In this document: in pieces, positions 24,665 through 37,492 of the stretch
How the letters are laid out: every line of letters starts with the position of its first letter
How positions within the stretch are numbered: the first letter of the stretch is position 1
Assembly: GCA_043228905.1 (NCBI GenBank)
Contig: JBHGNT010000003.1
Location: 21,080,001-21,144,000 of the forward strand
Length of the DNA: 64,000 nucleotides
Source of the DNA: Azolla caroliniana
Lineage: Eukaryota > Plantae > Polypodiophyta
Direction of reading: 5' to 3'
Notes under the pieces: generated by a model
The model's database searches: none
What the model was told of the DNA's origin: nothing
The model's input: only the letters and a program-made list of their open reading frames with translations
Program-made: the position numbers and the translations under genes

Positions 24665-27600
24665 CTATCCTGAAAGATTTATTGTTAGTGAGACATATGG
24701 ATGAAGTTCAGTGTCACCACCAGTTAAACCTGCCATGGCAACGTCATCATCTGCTTTCCAAAATGAGCTGAAAAGGAAAATGCCTAGACATGAATAGTTA
24801 TTCTCAACAAATCTCTGAAATCAAAATCAGCATTTTGATTAGTAAAACATACTTGTCCTTCTCCCCAACAAGACGATCAAGAACAGAACGAACTTTTTTT
24901 TCACTTTTTAATGGTGGTGCCAGCACAGCTGCCTGAAGATAAATTCAAAGGTATCCTCATGAGAATTTGTAAAATCAGAAAATGGGAATCTTTGCAAAAG
25001 TATCATATGTACATTACCAAAAAAGATGGTGGAAGTCCATATCTCAAGATACTTTCAGTGAAAAGCCGAACTGCACAGAGGTGCATCCAAGCACTGAAAA
25101 CCTGTAAACATGCAAAACCAAATACAGCATTAGCAAGCACTTGCTGATTTCATGCAAGTTTGTAGATTAATTCAGCATGTGCCATAAGATTTTATCCCCA
25201 AGCATGAGTATTTAATCCACACATAGCAGTAGTTAGCTATGATGTTGCTGATCAAAGGTAGTCAGTTGTTTCAAAAACATAACATTGAGAGAATAGAAAG
25301 AAGTAAAATCTGTTAGTTTACTCCAGTTTGCAATATAGCTCATAATTCCAAATCTCCTCTGACAGAGAACTCATCATCCAACACAGGTATTGCAGACAAT
25401 AGTTCCTTACAAGCTGGCAACCTGTTTATGTCCAATCCATGATCTATGATATGGTGGCATGGCTGCCAGATAAAAGGTGATCCATGCATGATGACGCTTT
25501 TTGATTACTTGAAGGGTAGTTTTGATAGACTATTGGATAACCTCACATTGTAATAAATATTACCTCTCCATAGCTGGCATAACACCATTGCTGTAAGGCT
25601 GTTCGCATGCTCTCCTGATCAAATGTGAGTTGTTTTATCTCTTCCTCTCTTTTGGATTGAGCTTCTGGATCATACTCAAACTCTCGAACCTACAGCACAT
25701 TTTAAACAAAAAGAAGAATTAACACCACAGAGCAATAAACAAAGAGGCTTTTACAATGTATTTTTTTCCATTAACAAGATGTAAATAAATTTAACTTCAA
25801 AAACTAAATAAGTGAGATTTTATTCTACAGGTGTGCATAAGAGTATTCCATAAGCCAAAACGAATTGAACAGTGAACACCTACACAAACTTATGGGACTA
25901 TCATGATGAGAGATTTTCGGGGTTTCTGATAAACCCTCAAAATCCCTCATCATAAACAAAGAACAGTATCACAAAGGCCAGTAGATGTAGTACATCTTTT
26001 GAAGGAATAATATAAAGACATACCCATGCTTGGGGCTGATCAGGGTATTGTCTACTTTTACTGTGAACAATAAAACTAAATCCAAGTTAATTGATGTTTT
26101 GTTCTACTATTCATTTTGTTAAGATTTGTTCCATGATAATATGGAGATAGGTGAAATCAAACATGTACAATATTATGATATACAGACTGAACCAGTCCTT
26201 GAAATACTTCATTGTAAGGAATAATTTGCAATAATTTCTTTATAGTTTAAGTGTAATTCCTCAAAATAACATGCAAAGCTTTAGGAATCATATCTAGCAC
26301 GAGATAAATGCTGAGAAGCACAAACCTGCAGGAATGCCTCTTGAAACTCATAATCCTACAGAAAACCAGATTCTGTAAATTTTCTGTGTGCTACCCAGAC
26401 AGGCAGGCCGTTTAGCTAGATGCTCACTAGAAAAGAGTGGCAAGAAGATGTGGAAAATATTCCTTATGTGAAACATTTCACATAGATAACAATGCATGTC
26501 AGACCAGAGCTCCCTATCCAGAACATCTAAAGATTGACCACACAAGAGCTCTCTTTGCACAAAAGTTTTTTTTTTATCTCTTTTGAAACAGAAATCATCC
26601 TTAACAATAAGTAATGAATTGCATAATACTTCCATAAATCCAAGAGCAATGAGCATAGCTAGATTAAAATACCCAGAGAATGCCTTGGAGACCACCTATA
26701 CAATCCGCTCGGGGAAGCCTAATGAAAAACTTGATGCAGCTATTATGAAGTTAGGGGTCCAAATAAAGTAATGTTTCTAAACGATTAAGCCTTCAACAAG
26801 GCTTAGATTTATGAAACTCTCTATTATTGCTCTCCCCACTCACTAGACAACTTACTTTCTACTTATTGAGTGGCACAAAGTTTGCCAAGTTTGAAACTTC
26901 CATTCTGCAGTCAAGGATTTCAGACATCCACAAATGACGGTGTCCAATACAATCATACACACAACAATACATTTTAGAAGATGCCACATGAAACATCCTA
27001 AATGGCAATATATAAAGCAGATGAAATTACTCAAAACAAAGACAAAATATGTGCCAATGTACGTATGCTACCCATATGAAATGGAAGCCAATTGCATATT
27101 AAAGTACATATATCTAAAAGTTCAGGCTGGGTGTGGGAATTTCTGTTGAATCATGGAAAATGAAAAAGATATTATAGAGGATTGTGTGACTAAATCATAT
27201 GTTCATAAACTTACAATCATAAACAACTAATTGCTAAAATTAAAATAGTAACCCAATAATTGTCTGCGAAAATACAACCATGAAAAGAGAAAGAAATATA
27301 CCTGGAAACCATTCTCACGAGCTGCTGTTTTGAAAGTGTCAGAAACTTTTCTAAATAGTACGACTGTGTATAATGCATACTCATTGTCTTCATGTAGCTT
27401 ATTTGATGATCTTGGTACCTGAAAACCACAAACAAAATCTGAAATATAATACAAAGAGAGACTTATGTGCTTGGAGAATGTCTCAACGGATACAAACACC
27501 TTTATCATAATGTTGAGACATGCTTTTCAGGAATATATCATTATTAGAGAAGACGTATCTATTGATTTCACCATTGAATATGCTCCACATTAAACAGAAT

Positions 27601-30600
27601 ATGTGTCACCTTCTGCTCAATTATTAGTAAAAGAGCTGTAGACTATTGAAGTATAATAAGCTTAGAGATATGCACCAACAGAATCTTATATTGGCAAATT
27701 AATAAGGTTCTTCTTCTAGCTAGCAGAACTGTATTGCGATGTCATATGTTAGGATCACAGTAAGATTGAAAATAATTTGATACATGATTGTAAAGAATCC
27801 GCATTTTAGAGAATGCAACACCTCCATTTCATGTCCCAAGGAAAAAGACTACATCAATCTTAAGTGCAGCAGCACACAAAACTATATGAAATCCACTTAC
27901 ACCAAGAGTACTTGGAAAAAAAGACTGCTACAGAAAATGGTGTAATGTCAAGTAGAGGGAGAAAGTTCAAATTTGAGGAGCTAGTTAAATTTGAGGAGCT
28001 AGTTAAATATGTCATGTAGATTGGCCCACAAGTAATCACCAACAGCAGAATTTTAATGTGAACATGCCACGGACTCTTCTCCCTAATATGGTCCATTTAT
28101 ACTTGTGTATGAGTTTCAGGCTTCAACTATCTTTTGATGATGGTTTGAATACAAATAGGGAAAAGACAAGATAACACCAAAATATTTGTTACAAAATGAG
28201 GAGAGACAATCTGAAACCATCCGTACAATAAGAAAATATATGACTAGGGCTAAGGATAATGACCCAATATAAGCACACTTCAATGAAAATGTGAAATACC
28301 CAAAGATTCTGGAAAGAGCCCAACTACGAACAGGAAGACACCGGTGCGAAGGAGGTTGAATGAGCCAAAGAAAATGACGATAAAGTGCCAATTAACATAT
28401 GTAAATGTTGCCTTATTACCAGAATAAAGCCAATTAATTTATGTTATTACCCCAAAAACACAGAGTCAACCCTTGAAAAAAAGGAAAGAGATGAGTTGAG
28501 CATATAGTTATTTAAGTAGCATACATATTGAGAAAGAGGGGATTTAATTGCTCAAGAAGGCACTTTATCAATAAAACTTTAAGAGGATGGAACTCAACAT
28601 AAAATCAAATGTATTATTTACTAATGTCAAATACCATTGCAAATAGAATCAATTTCTTTTTAAAACCACTTGTTAAACACAATGCAATTGCATCATTGGG
28701 TAGTAAGGCTCAGGGCACCACTAAGCTATGCCAGATATTTTTAATATATAGCAATGCATTTGCATTGAAATTCCTCACACAAACATTTTTTGAAATTGCT
28801 ATCATGGAATTTGTATCCATATGCCAGGGCAAAATTTCATGAATTTGTAATCAGTCTCTACTGTCACAATGACGACTACGGAAGAAGTTGGCAAAGTACA
28901 ATTAATGCACTCAAAATTATATGGTTGCATCTTTGGCTTTAGCACTAATCCAAATACACTCAAAACCTTACAAGGGTCATTTTTTTCAATTTGTCCCTTA
29001 TGATTATATATTTGGAACTCCTTAGCTGGTAAGCTACAACTACACTCTGCCAAACCCAGGGAACAATCCTCCTGTTTCTCTCTCCTTATGTATAGGACGT
29101 TAGAGGACTATAAAACTCCAATTTAGCCAGAATTTAACATGATTTTGGACTCACTGAGACTTGATTTCACCTACTTACGAATTTGGACATGAAGACTTAA
29201 TTTCACATCCAGGAAGCTAGATTGCACCTGAACAAGTTGACATCTCATTGTTCCAAAGAATAAAGATCAGCATCTCTTTTGGTATTTCTTTATTGATAAT
29301 GAAGATACAATAACAGCCTGTTTAAGCCAATTTCAGCTGCATATAAAGATTCCAAGGTAATGTCCACTAAGCATAGTAGAAATGGAAGCAGTTCAGTAAT
29401 AGAACCTGCAGAATTCGGCACTATAAAAATGATGCACTATTAGCTCTGATCAGAACCTTAAAGTTTTACAGATATGCATTATAACTTTTGACGGTTCAAT
29501 GAAGTATTGTTGTGTCAATGCAAAGAAGGTTGAGATGCATTTGTTTTCAGGAAACTGGATGAAACATCTTTTTCTGGATTGGCCTCTTTCCTTTGTGTTC
29601 ACAAGACTCCAGAGACTATGTTTCCTTTTGAGAATTGGTTGGCACATGCATGCACACATGAACGAATTTCTTCTGTATCAGCTCCTCTTTCAGTATTGTT
29701 TTTATTGAATATACAGCAAGATAGCCCAACCTTAAAAACATTGCCACCTGTTTACACCTATTTTAGAAACTAAAACCCACTGTACTCTTCACTGGGCATC
29801 GTAGCAAAAAGAGCAAATCCACTGTTAGGACTCAGACCTAAAGATTTTTGCACTCCAAAAATGAGTCTTCATCAGCTCTAAAGCCAAATAAGGCAAGTCT
29901 TGCTTGTGTACCCCAATATTACCTCTTCAGAAAAATGTCTTAGCCTACTCACTTATAACTATTAAGTGACTTCATGTTGGGCCAAACCTAAAGAGACTTT
30001 ATAGGCACAATTTTACTATGAGGTGCATTCATCCCCACACATCAGAACCCAATGCTAACAGAATTGATTGTGTATCAATTCCAACAGGTTACCGGCCTGG
30101 GTTAATCCAGTCTACGGACCATTGGCCCTGGGTTGTTACACACTGGCCATGCACTGTCTTTTTTATCAGTTTCAAGAGTTTCAAAGAGTCTGTAAGAAAA
30201 TAAAAAGTAAAGTAATTATTAAATAATCCCATAAAATAGGAAAAAAATAGCACCTCCTGGTTACAGCCTATGTTGTAATCAGTTTATTTTTCTTTCTAGT
30301 TGCTTTATTCCCACACATGGCAAAGGAGTATGTTAGAGCTATGTTCTAAAGTAAGCATATGATAAGGATAACAAAGATAGATTAATAAGAAAGAAGAGAG
30401 AGAAAGAAGGGTGCCGATCCACCCGACCACCCTCGAACGAAGGGATCGAGAAGGACTTGAGCCTCAATCGGTGTCACATATCACCGTTGTGGCGTCGAGT
30501 CGTACATGGTGCTGGCGCACTCGCTACAAGAGTTGACCCACCACAAGAACGGAGTCTTGACGTAGTCAAGAGATGGTGAAATGAGGGTAGCTTGGCCTCA

Positions 30601-32708
30601 TATTTATAGCCAAACCCAAGGCCCCCAAGCAAGTTCACACTTGGCCTAATGGGTTGTCTCAATCCCGAGGATTAAAAGTAATCCTCCCCTTCTTTACACT
30701 CTCGTTTAACCATCACACTTTATCCACGTGTATAGAATACTACGGTACATTCTCACCACAAGATATTTTATGGTCATGCCCGTAACAGAGTATCTGGAAT
30801 TGTCCATCAAGATAATGTTAGGCATGAAAAGCCAATCGTTGTTAGTCCAGGTCCAAGTCCCTAGACATCATATTGGATTCTGGAAATGGGGATCTCTTAT
30901 TTGATGATAGAGAAGTGCTTGATTATGGAAGCACCATAGGAATAAGGATAGTTGACTACTAGATAACAAACTCCATGGCCATATCTTAGTCTGGAGGAAC
31001 TGGTTTCTGAATGTATTTGTAACATGTGAACACTATGTACAAACTTTTTCAGGCCCTTATTTCCACTTATTTCTATTATTGCTTGATGGTATTTATTGTG
31101 GAAGAAATACTATCAATCTTATGCCATCTATCCATTCTGGAAAGAAGTTGCGATAATTGCTAATGTGTGCACATTAAAAGTTATTAGTATGTTTGCATTA
31201 ATATTTATGAGAAGTAAAATTAGCAAACAAGAAGGAATTTGAAAATCTCAAGACGAAGATTTCACTGAGGATAGATTGCAGATATACAGCAATTATCCAA
31301 ATGATTCACACAAGTACAGTCACTCATATGGTTGGCATTAAATGCATTTGATAAAGACATACCACAAAAGTTGAGAGGGTTTCATAGCTTGATAGCCAAT
31401 CTTTTTGCGAGTACTTTGGAACCACCACTAGAAGTGTTATCAGGTGTTCAGAACTAACAATATCTTCAGGTTTAATTATACTGGAAAGATCCCGTACTGC
31501 CATGCTGGAGAATCGATTGTATCAATAATGGTTGAACAAACAATGCTTTCAGCAAGTTAAAATATACAGTTCAAAAATAAAAAGAAGACATGTAAAATGG
31601 TACCTCCCAGTTTGTTTTCGATTGATTGCACTAAGCTGACCCTTCACATTGCTATACTCCGCAACTCTAACCTGATGTTTGAGATAAATAAATAATCAAC
31701 TAATGAAATAGAAGTAACAGCTTAAGTAAAAAGGAACAGTTGCATTGGTCAACCTTCAGATCATCTTCCAGTTTTGCTACATTTCCTTGTATTGTATCTA
31801 CAGTCTCCCTCAGGGGGTTCATAAGAGGATACTTGGCTTCATCCCAAGTAAATCTGAGGGAAAAATAGAACATCACCACCCATGGTTAGTTTCTAATGTA
31901 AGATACGGTAAATTCCATTAAATACTTGTCAAATATATGGCCATCCACCTTGTGATATATGAGTCAACAGGGACGCCATCTACAGACAGAGTTCCTGAGT
32001 CCGATCCTGGGATTCTCTCCAACTCTTCCACTTGACGCCAGATCTTGTGAGTGACCCCTTCCACCACTGTGTTGGCCTGATGAACCAACCATTGATACCC
32101 AGAAAATACACCAAAAATAACAAGAACAACTTCTATATTGACGTAAAACATCATTCCTGAACTTGACCAGATCATAACTAAACATTGTTATGTGAACCAG
32201 GACATACATGAGAAAATCCTTTATATTGAAGCAACACAATTCCTCGTCTTCATGAGATCATTATTCAGTGTATCATAATTAAAATAAGATTAAAAAAAAT
32301 GCCTAATGTTAAGCCACACGATTCCTCATCTTCATCAGATCATCTCTATGCTACACAGAAAACAAGGATTTTTTTCTAGATTTAAGCAACATTATTCCTC
32401 ACCTTCACCAGATCATCACTAAGTGCCAGCAGTGAATCGAGCGTTCCTACTCTCAAATCAGGTATGTGCAACTGCAAGAAAATGAAGGATCAAAACTCCC
32501 AAAGATCACAATACACTGGAAAACCCTAAAAAACACAAAATGTGCAGAAAAAACCTAAAGAGAGAGAGAGAGAGAGAGAGATTGTGAAGCATATAAAAAC
32601 CTTGTAGGCAGGGGTGTCAAATGCCGATTTGGAGAGGCTCTGTTGAAGAGAAGACCAGATCGATGCTGCAGAGTCCTGCACAGGCAGAGAAACCAGGTGA
32701 TAACGCAT
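24665..32708 (-). CDS. VHA-C: V-type H+-ATPase subunit C, 374 aa; exons 32708-32601, 32471-32403, 32076-31949, 31853-31754, 31671-31604, 31504-31363, 27418-27302, 25689-25564, 25101-25018, 24932-24853, 24767-24665
   Basis: MRYHLVSLPVQ, LRVGTLDSLLALSDDLVK, YITRFTWDEAKYP, GSMAVRDLS, VPRSS, FSAWMHLCAVRLFTESILRYGLPP and HPYVSLTIN. Exon lengths sum to 1125 nt, matching the ~375-aa plant DET3/VHA-C. Confidence 0.96.
30331..30787 (-). mobile_element. Solo LTR (457 bp) in VHA-C intron 6
   Basis: TGTTA...TAACA termini flanked by an identical 5-bp TSD GAGTA (30326-30330 and 30788-30792). GC-richer than its flanks. TATA-like CTATAAATA on the minus strand near 30601-30609. Confidence 0.88.
32140..32430 (-). 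repeat. 73-86-bp degenerate tandem copies of the VHA-C exon 2/intron 2 junction
   Basis: ATTCCT(C/G)..CTT.A..AGATCAT starts at 32394 (true junction), 32321, 32239 and 32153. Confidence 0.75.
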
Positions 32709-32872
32709 CTTTGGTTAACGAATGCTCTCGCTTCCCGTCTCTGCCTCCTGCTGCTTCTGCGTCTTCTTGCTTCTTCGTTCTTCGTGTTGAGACAGAAGAG
32801 AAAGAAGAGGAAGGAAGGAAGGAAGGAAGCTGGCCGATGGTGTGTTCTAAAAACAAGGTAAAACCAAAACAA

Positions 32873-32896
32873 ACACACACACACACACACACACAC

Positions 32897-32929
<33 letters not shown>

Positions 32930-32948
32930 AGAAGAGAGAAGGGGTTGA

Positions 32949-33002
<54 letters not shown>

Positions 33003-33130
33003 AGGGAAGAGAGAAGGGGTTGAATTGTGTGTGCGCGCGCGCGTGAGAGAGAGAGAGAAAGAAAGGGAATAGAGAAGGGGTCCAATTGTGTGCGTGTGAG
33101 ATAGATAGAGAGATAGAGAGAGAGATTGTA
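32873..33130. repeat. Compound (CA)n/(TG)n/(GA)n microsatellite array with repeated AGAGAAGGGGT(TG/CC)AATTGTGTG spacers upstream of VHA-C
   Basis: Directly visible. Three spacer units. Confidence 0.9.
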
Positions 33131-34800
33131 ATGTTGTCAAATCTTGCAGCTAACGGTGATATTGCGGGTTTGCATCTTCCTTCGGGTGGACAATTGGTGG
33201 CACAAGCATTGGCTGATGATTCTTTTATGTTTTTACAAGCCTTAAAAGATAATCTTGAAAGGAGCATGCAAGTTTGGGATCAAATTGCTTTGGCTTTAGG
33301 GTTGTATATAAATTGGAGGAAGTCTTGTCTTATTTCTTGTACGGAGAGTGATTTGGAATGTTTGGGATGGCGAGGGTCAGTGATCACACGAGGATCAATT
33401 TATCGACATTTTGGGTTATCCATTGGGTGTTGATGTTACAAATGCTCAATTAATTGATTGGATTGGTAGTAAATTGAAGGACAAATTTATGTATTGGCAG
33501 TCTCAATTATGGCCCTTTCATGTACGACTCAAAGTGGTGCAATGTATCTTGATACCTTAGACTAAGAAGGCACTACAAAACATGTTACAACCTATTCGGT
33601 TCATGTTGTGGCGGAAGAGAGAAATGATGGGAGTTACATGGATTTCATGGGACCATTTGGCTACACCTAAAGGGTTAGGTGGTGCAGTAATATTGGATTT
33701 AGAAAGACATTTGATGGCTCGTAGATTTGCATTATTACTAGATATATGTCAACAAGATCAACCATGGATATCTATGATGCAATATATTTATTGAGCATGA
33801 AGGATTGGTGCACAGGACAACAAAGATTCAAGCATCCTAGTGGTCATTACTAAATGGAAGTATTCCTCTAAAGATTCAACATTCTGTATGTGGACAACAT
33901 TTGGTAAGATCATGGCAAGATGCATTATCTCTTTTTGAATGGCGACCATCAAGTGATCGAGAATATTGTAATTCATTACAAAATGAATTGCTTGTTTCTT
34001 CTTGAGTGTTATTTTGGCATGGGAAAGAGAAGTTGAGATCTCAATTAAATCGTTTATTTCGATTGGGGATTGTACATTTGGAAGATGTGGTTGATAATGA
34101 ATCTCAAAGGTTGTCGGATTTTGAAGATGCCAAACAATGGTTACGTATCCCCTCAAATTATGGATTTATTTGGGAGAAATTACAAGATATACTATTGTTG
34201 CAAGGATCTTTGCCATTGAAAACAAAAATTGCACCTTGGGTGGATTGGCGGTTATAAGATGGTACACGCTTGTTACAGTCACTACAAATATATTGTATCA
34301 TCATGCGATGGCATCATTAGCTTGGCTATCTCCTAAAGCAGCGAAGTTGTGGAATGTATGTAAGTTAGATGCAAGGTGGTGGAAAATATTACAACGTTTT
34401 CGTGCAAAGGTATTCATATGGAGAGTCATGATTGGTGGGTTCCCATTAAGTTCAGCCTTAAAGAGACGAGGACTAGGGTTCGACACTTGTTTCTTTTGCA
34501 CCGTTCCATTGGAGGATAGTACACATAGGTTTATTAAATGTCCTATAGCGTGTACCATTTGGAAGTACTTATTGGACATTTGGCAAGTTTTAATCCGTTG
34601 TTGTTTGAGAACTCAACAATGGGTTTTTTCTCAATATGTTCAAATATGGTTCAAATGATGAGATGGAGATATTATTCTAATTTTTACGTTATTTGGGGTC
34701 TACAACACAATTGGAATATGCGTAATGCTTTCATGTTTGATAATAGAGATGGGGTGAAAGCCTATATAAAGAAGCTAAAAGGTATTCTCATGTGGGGATC
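33131..34800 (+). mobile_element. 5'-truncated, degenerate L1-clade LINE ORF2 (RT C-terminus plus zf-RVT)
   Basis: ALADDSFMFL (FADD-like), GLYINWRKS, W.HLATPKGLGG and KVFIWRV...LP....KRRG....CFFC....ED..H.F..CP. Broken by stops and frameshifts. Confidence 0.85.
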
Positions 34801-35364
34801 GTTTCCGCAAATCCATATTCACGTTTTCTTTAGAGCATGTGGGGATCATTTCCTCAAATGCATATTCAGGTTTTCTAATAGCATTACAGAACGGCCCTCT
34901 CCCTACGTAGGCATATGATAGGTAGAGGAGACTAAGAAGTGTTGTAACTAAGCGGATTTTACATACAATTAATATAATTGTGTGCTTTTACCAAAGAGAG
35001 AGAGAGAGAGATTGTATTATCAAAGAATCTTCGGAGGTCAAGTATGACCCATAGACCAAAAATATTACATTTCACGTACGTGATACATGTGAATAATGTG
35101 AATGTTGCAATCGAGAGTGCACAATTGTGGTTTGTGAGAAGAATTCATGCTCAACGATTGGACTTGGTCGAAGATATGTGGAAAAAGCATGGTCGAATCT
35201 AATGAAAGGCAAAGTGAGCATTGTATCAGAGTATGATACTCGGACTCTCGAACTTGTGTTAGGGCAAAGTGTGCATAGTTGACCACTCTCTCATCACTTT
35301 GTGCCCTAACACCCCCCGTCTAAGTTGGCATGGGCTCACTCTCTTTCTCTTTTATCGTAATTAC

Positions 35365-35556
35365 ATTATCCAAGTGGTAAGTTCTTAGCACTAAAAGCAC
35401 TGTGTTTTGGGTTCGAAACCCAGCTTCCTCACCTCTCTATTATATACTTCTTATATATCCCTTAATTCACTAAATGCCACTGTGGAATGTAGGGGTTGAA
35501 CCCATGACCACCTGGTCTTCATTGGGCAACCTTACCAATTGAGCTACATCCGTCTA

Positions 35557-35560
<4 letters not shown>
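35365..35560 (-). mobile_element. tRNA-derived SINE-like element with a second, oppositely oriented tRNA-like unit
   Basis: Minus strand 35551-35483 reads GGATGTAGCTCAATTGGTAAG...GGTTCAACCC (A and B boxes). Plus strand 35368-35421 reads TCCAAGTGGTAAG...GGGTTCGAAACCC. Adjoins a (CT)n tract. A second copy lies near 56592. Confidence 0.7.
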
Positions 35561-35603
<43 letters not shown>

Positions 35604-35967
35604 AATTAATTCTATTGAGAACAACCTACATATACACAATTGGGCACTTGATCGGCCCTGTTGTCAACAATGTCTCCTTTGCCCTGGCTTGGCATACATC
35701 ATGCCTATGCATGACACTGTCATCACGATTAACATGTCCTCATTAGGCCTGCTGATGATATAGAGATCATGGGTTAAACAAACATGGGCTCAATGACAAG
35801 CACACGCATGTCCTTTGGCCTATTGGCAATATAACGACATTAATATACCTGGCTTAATCACATGCACAAAGTTTGGCATTGTCGTGGCCTCCTTTTTCAC
35901 TATCTCACCAAGCCAAGTAATGACATAGACACATTGGCATTAACATGACCTCCATTCTAACAATCGA

Positions 35968-36148
35968 CAACGGTTCGGTTTGAGAGGGTCCAGACTAAAC
36001 CGGTTTGGAACTGAACCATATAATTTTTTTGAAACCAGAACCAAACCGAACTGAATCGTTAAACATTTTTCAAATCGTTAAACCATTAAACCGTAAAAAC
36101 CGCGGTTTCGTGGTTCAGTTTCGGTTTTCAAACTAAATGTTTGTCCTA
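35968..36148. mobile_element. hAT/MITE-like remnant rich in AACCG/CGGTT motifs
   Basis: Clustered GGTTCGGTTT, AAACCGG, AACCGAAC and CGGTTTTC motifs ending in CCTA, as is typical of plant hAT subtermini. No TSD identified. Confidence 0.5.
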
Positions 36149-36169
36149 CAAAATACTTTTGAGGTGTTT

Positions 36170-36540
36170 TGATGTCTTTGTAATCAATCCAAAGCATTGG
36201 AGATCAACACAATATCATCAATACATAGTGATAATAGTTATACATGCTAGGCATGCCTCAACATTGCTAAATCTCTCTATGTAATGTGATACCTCACCTA
36301 TATAGAGAGTCAAGACCAATGAGACTGGATGATATTGGCATCCTTATTTTACTCCAATGGCATTAGCTGCAACCTCTGACAACCCACTGAGAGACCACAC
36401 TTTTATTGACATAGGCTCATATAATGAGTAAATTCCGCATTCCATATCTATAGGGACACGAAGGGCTTCTAGTTGCCACATGAGTTGAGTGCATGCCACA
36501 ATGTCGAAGTGTTTTGGGTTGGTTTTTCACTTCCGAGTTG
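36170..36540 (-). mobile_element. Degenerate LINE reverse-transcriptase fragment (RTE-like)
   Basis: Minus-strand translation gives KHFDIV (KAFD-like), GVK*GC (GVKQGC-like) and LLSLCIDDI (YADD-like) in the expected order, with stops. Confidence 0.55.
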
Positions 36541-37492
36541 TGAGTAGTAATTTATGCTGCTCCTAGAACTATTGTTGGCAAATGTTATTGCCATGTGATT
36601 TCCAACTTGTAGAATTGTTATTAATAAATAATAATACCAACAGCATTTCGAGGGCCTATAACTATGATTTGTAATTGCTGCCACTAAACGAACTTCCAAT
36701 AACAGCTGTGTTAAGTAAAAGCTCCAAAAAATAATCATGAATTCACAACATGGAGATAAAGTAACTCCAAAGGACGTTGTACATTTGCAATCACAGATAT
36801 TATCAAGAAGGAGAGGATGATTACGGATACCAATATTGCCCAAAACAAACTCAAGTTAAATTGAGGCATTATCATCTTAAGCAGATTGACCAAGATCTCT
36901 CAAGAATATGGGAGAGATGTTTTCAGAAGCAAACTGATTGAAAAGTGTGGATGATTAGTATACCTCGGGTGATGTTAGAATACCTTTACCTCATAGCCCT
37001 AAATAAAAATTTGAAACAAGCACCACGAATTCTCTCTCCCCCTAATGTATTCTTTCATGCCAAATTTATTGATGAACTTTTTACAAGTTTCCTTCAATGC
37101 AAAGGAAATCATAGTACATTACAACAACATTACAAGAGAAGGACCACCTTGAAGCTATTTGCCAGTTGAAGGAGATTTTCTGTAAGTCCCAACAGTCTAA
37201 CTTGCAATCATATAATGTTTTATTAACAACGCCCATAAGTTGAGCAAGTCAATGGTGAAAGTTCTCTTGCACATACGAAAAGATTGTTCCCTGGAAGGCA
37301 AATAACATAAAATTTGCCACTCTTGTAAAATCTACAAATATGTATGACTCATAATTTGATATGGCATCTGAACGAATGAATATAGTGACAACCATATCAG
37401 TCTTTAACACATATTCAAAGTTATGAGGGGATAATTTCAATTTTGCATAGAAAAGAAAATCAGTTAGAGAGCTTGCTCACTTTACTGTATTC

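Noticed and set aside
32555-33267. Overlapping 100-216 aa ORFs
   Set aside because: They result from stop-free dinucleotide repeats; only 32601-32708 is a real exon.
35483-35551. Functional tRNA gene
   Set aside because: The acceptor and anticodon stems do not pair well, and a diverged second copy shares the downstream linker, which indicates a SINE.
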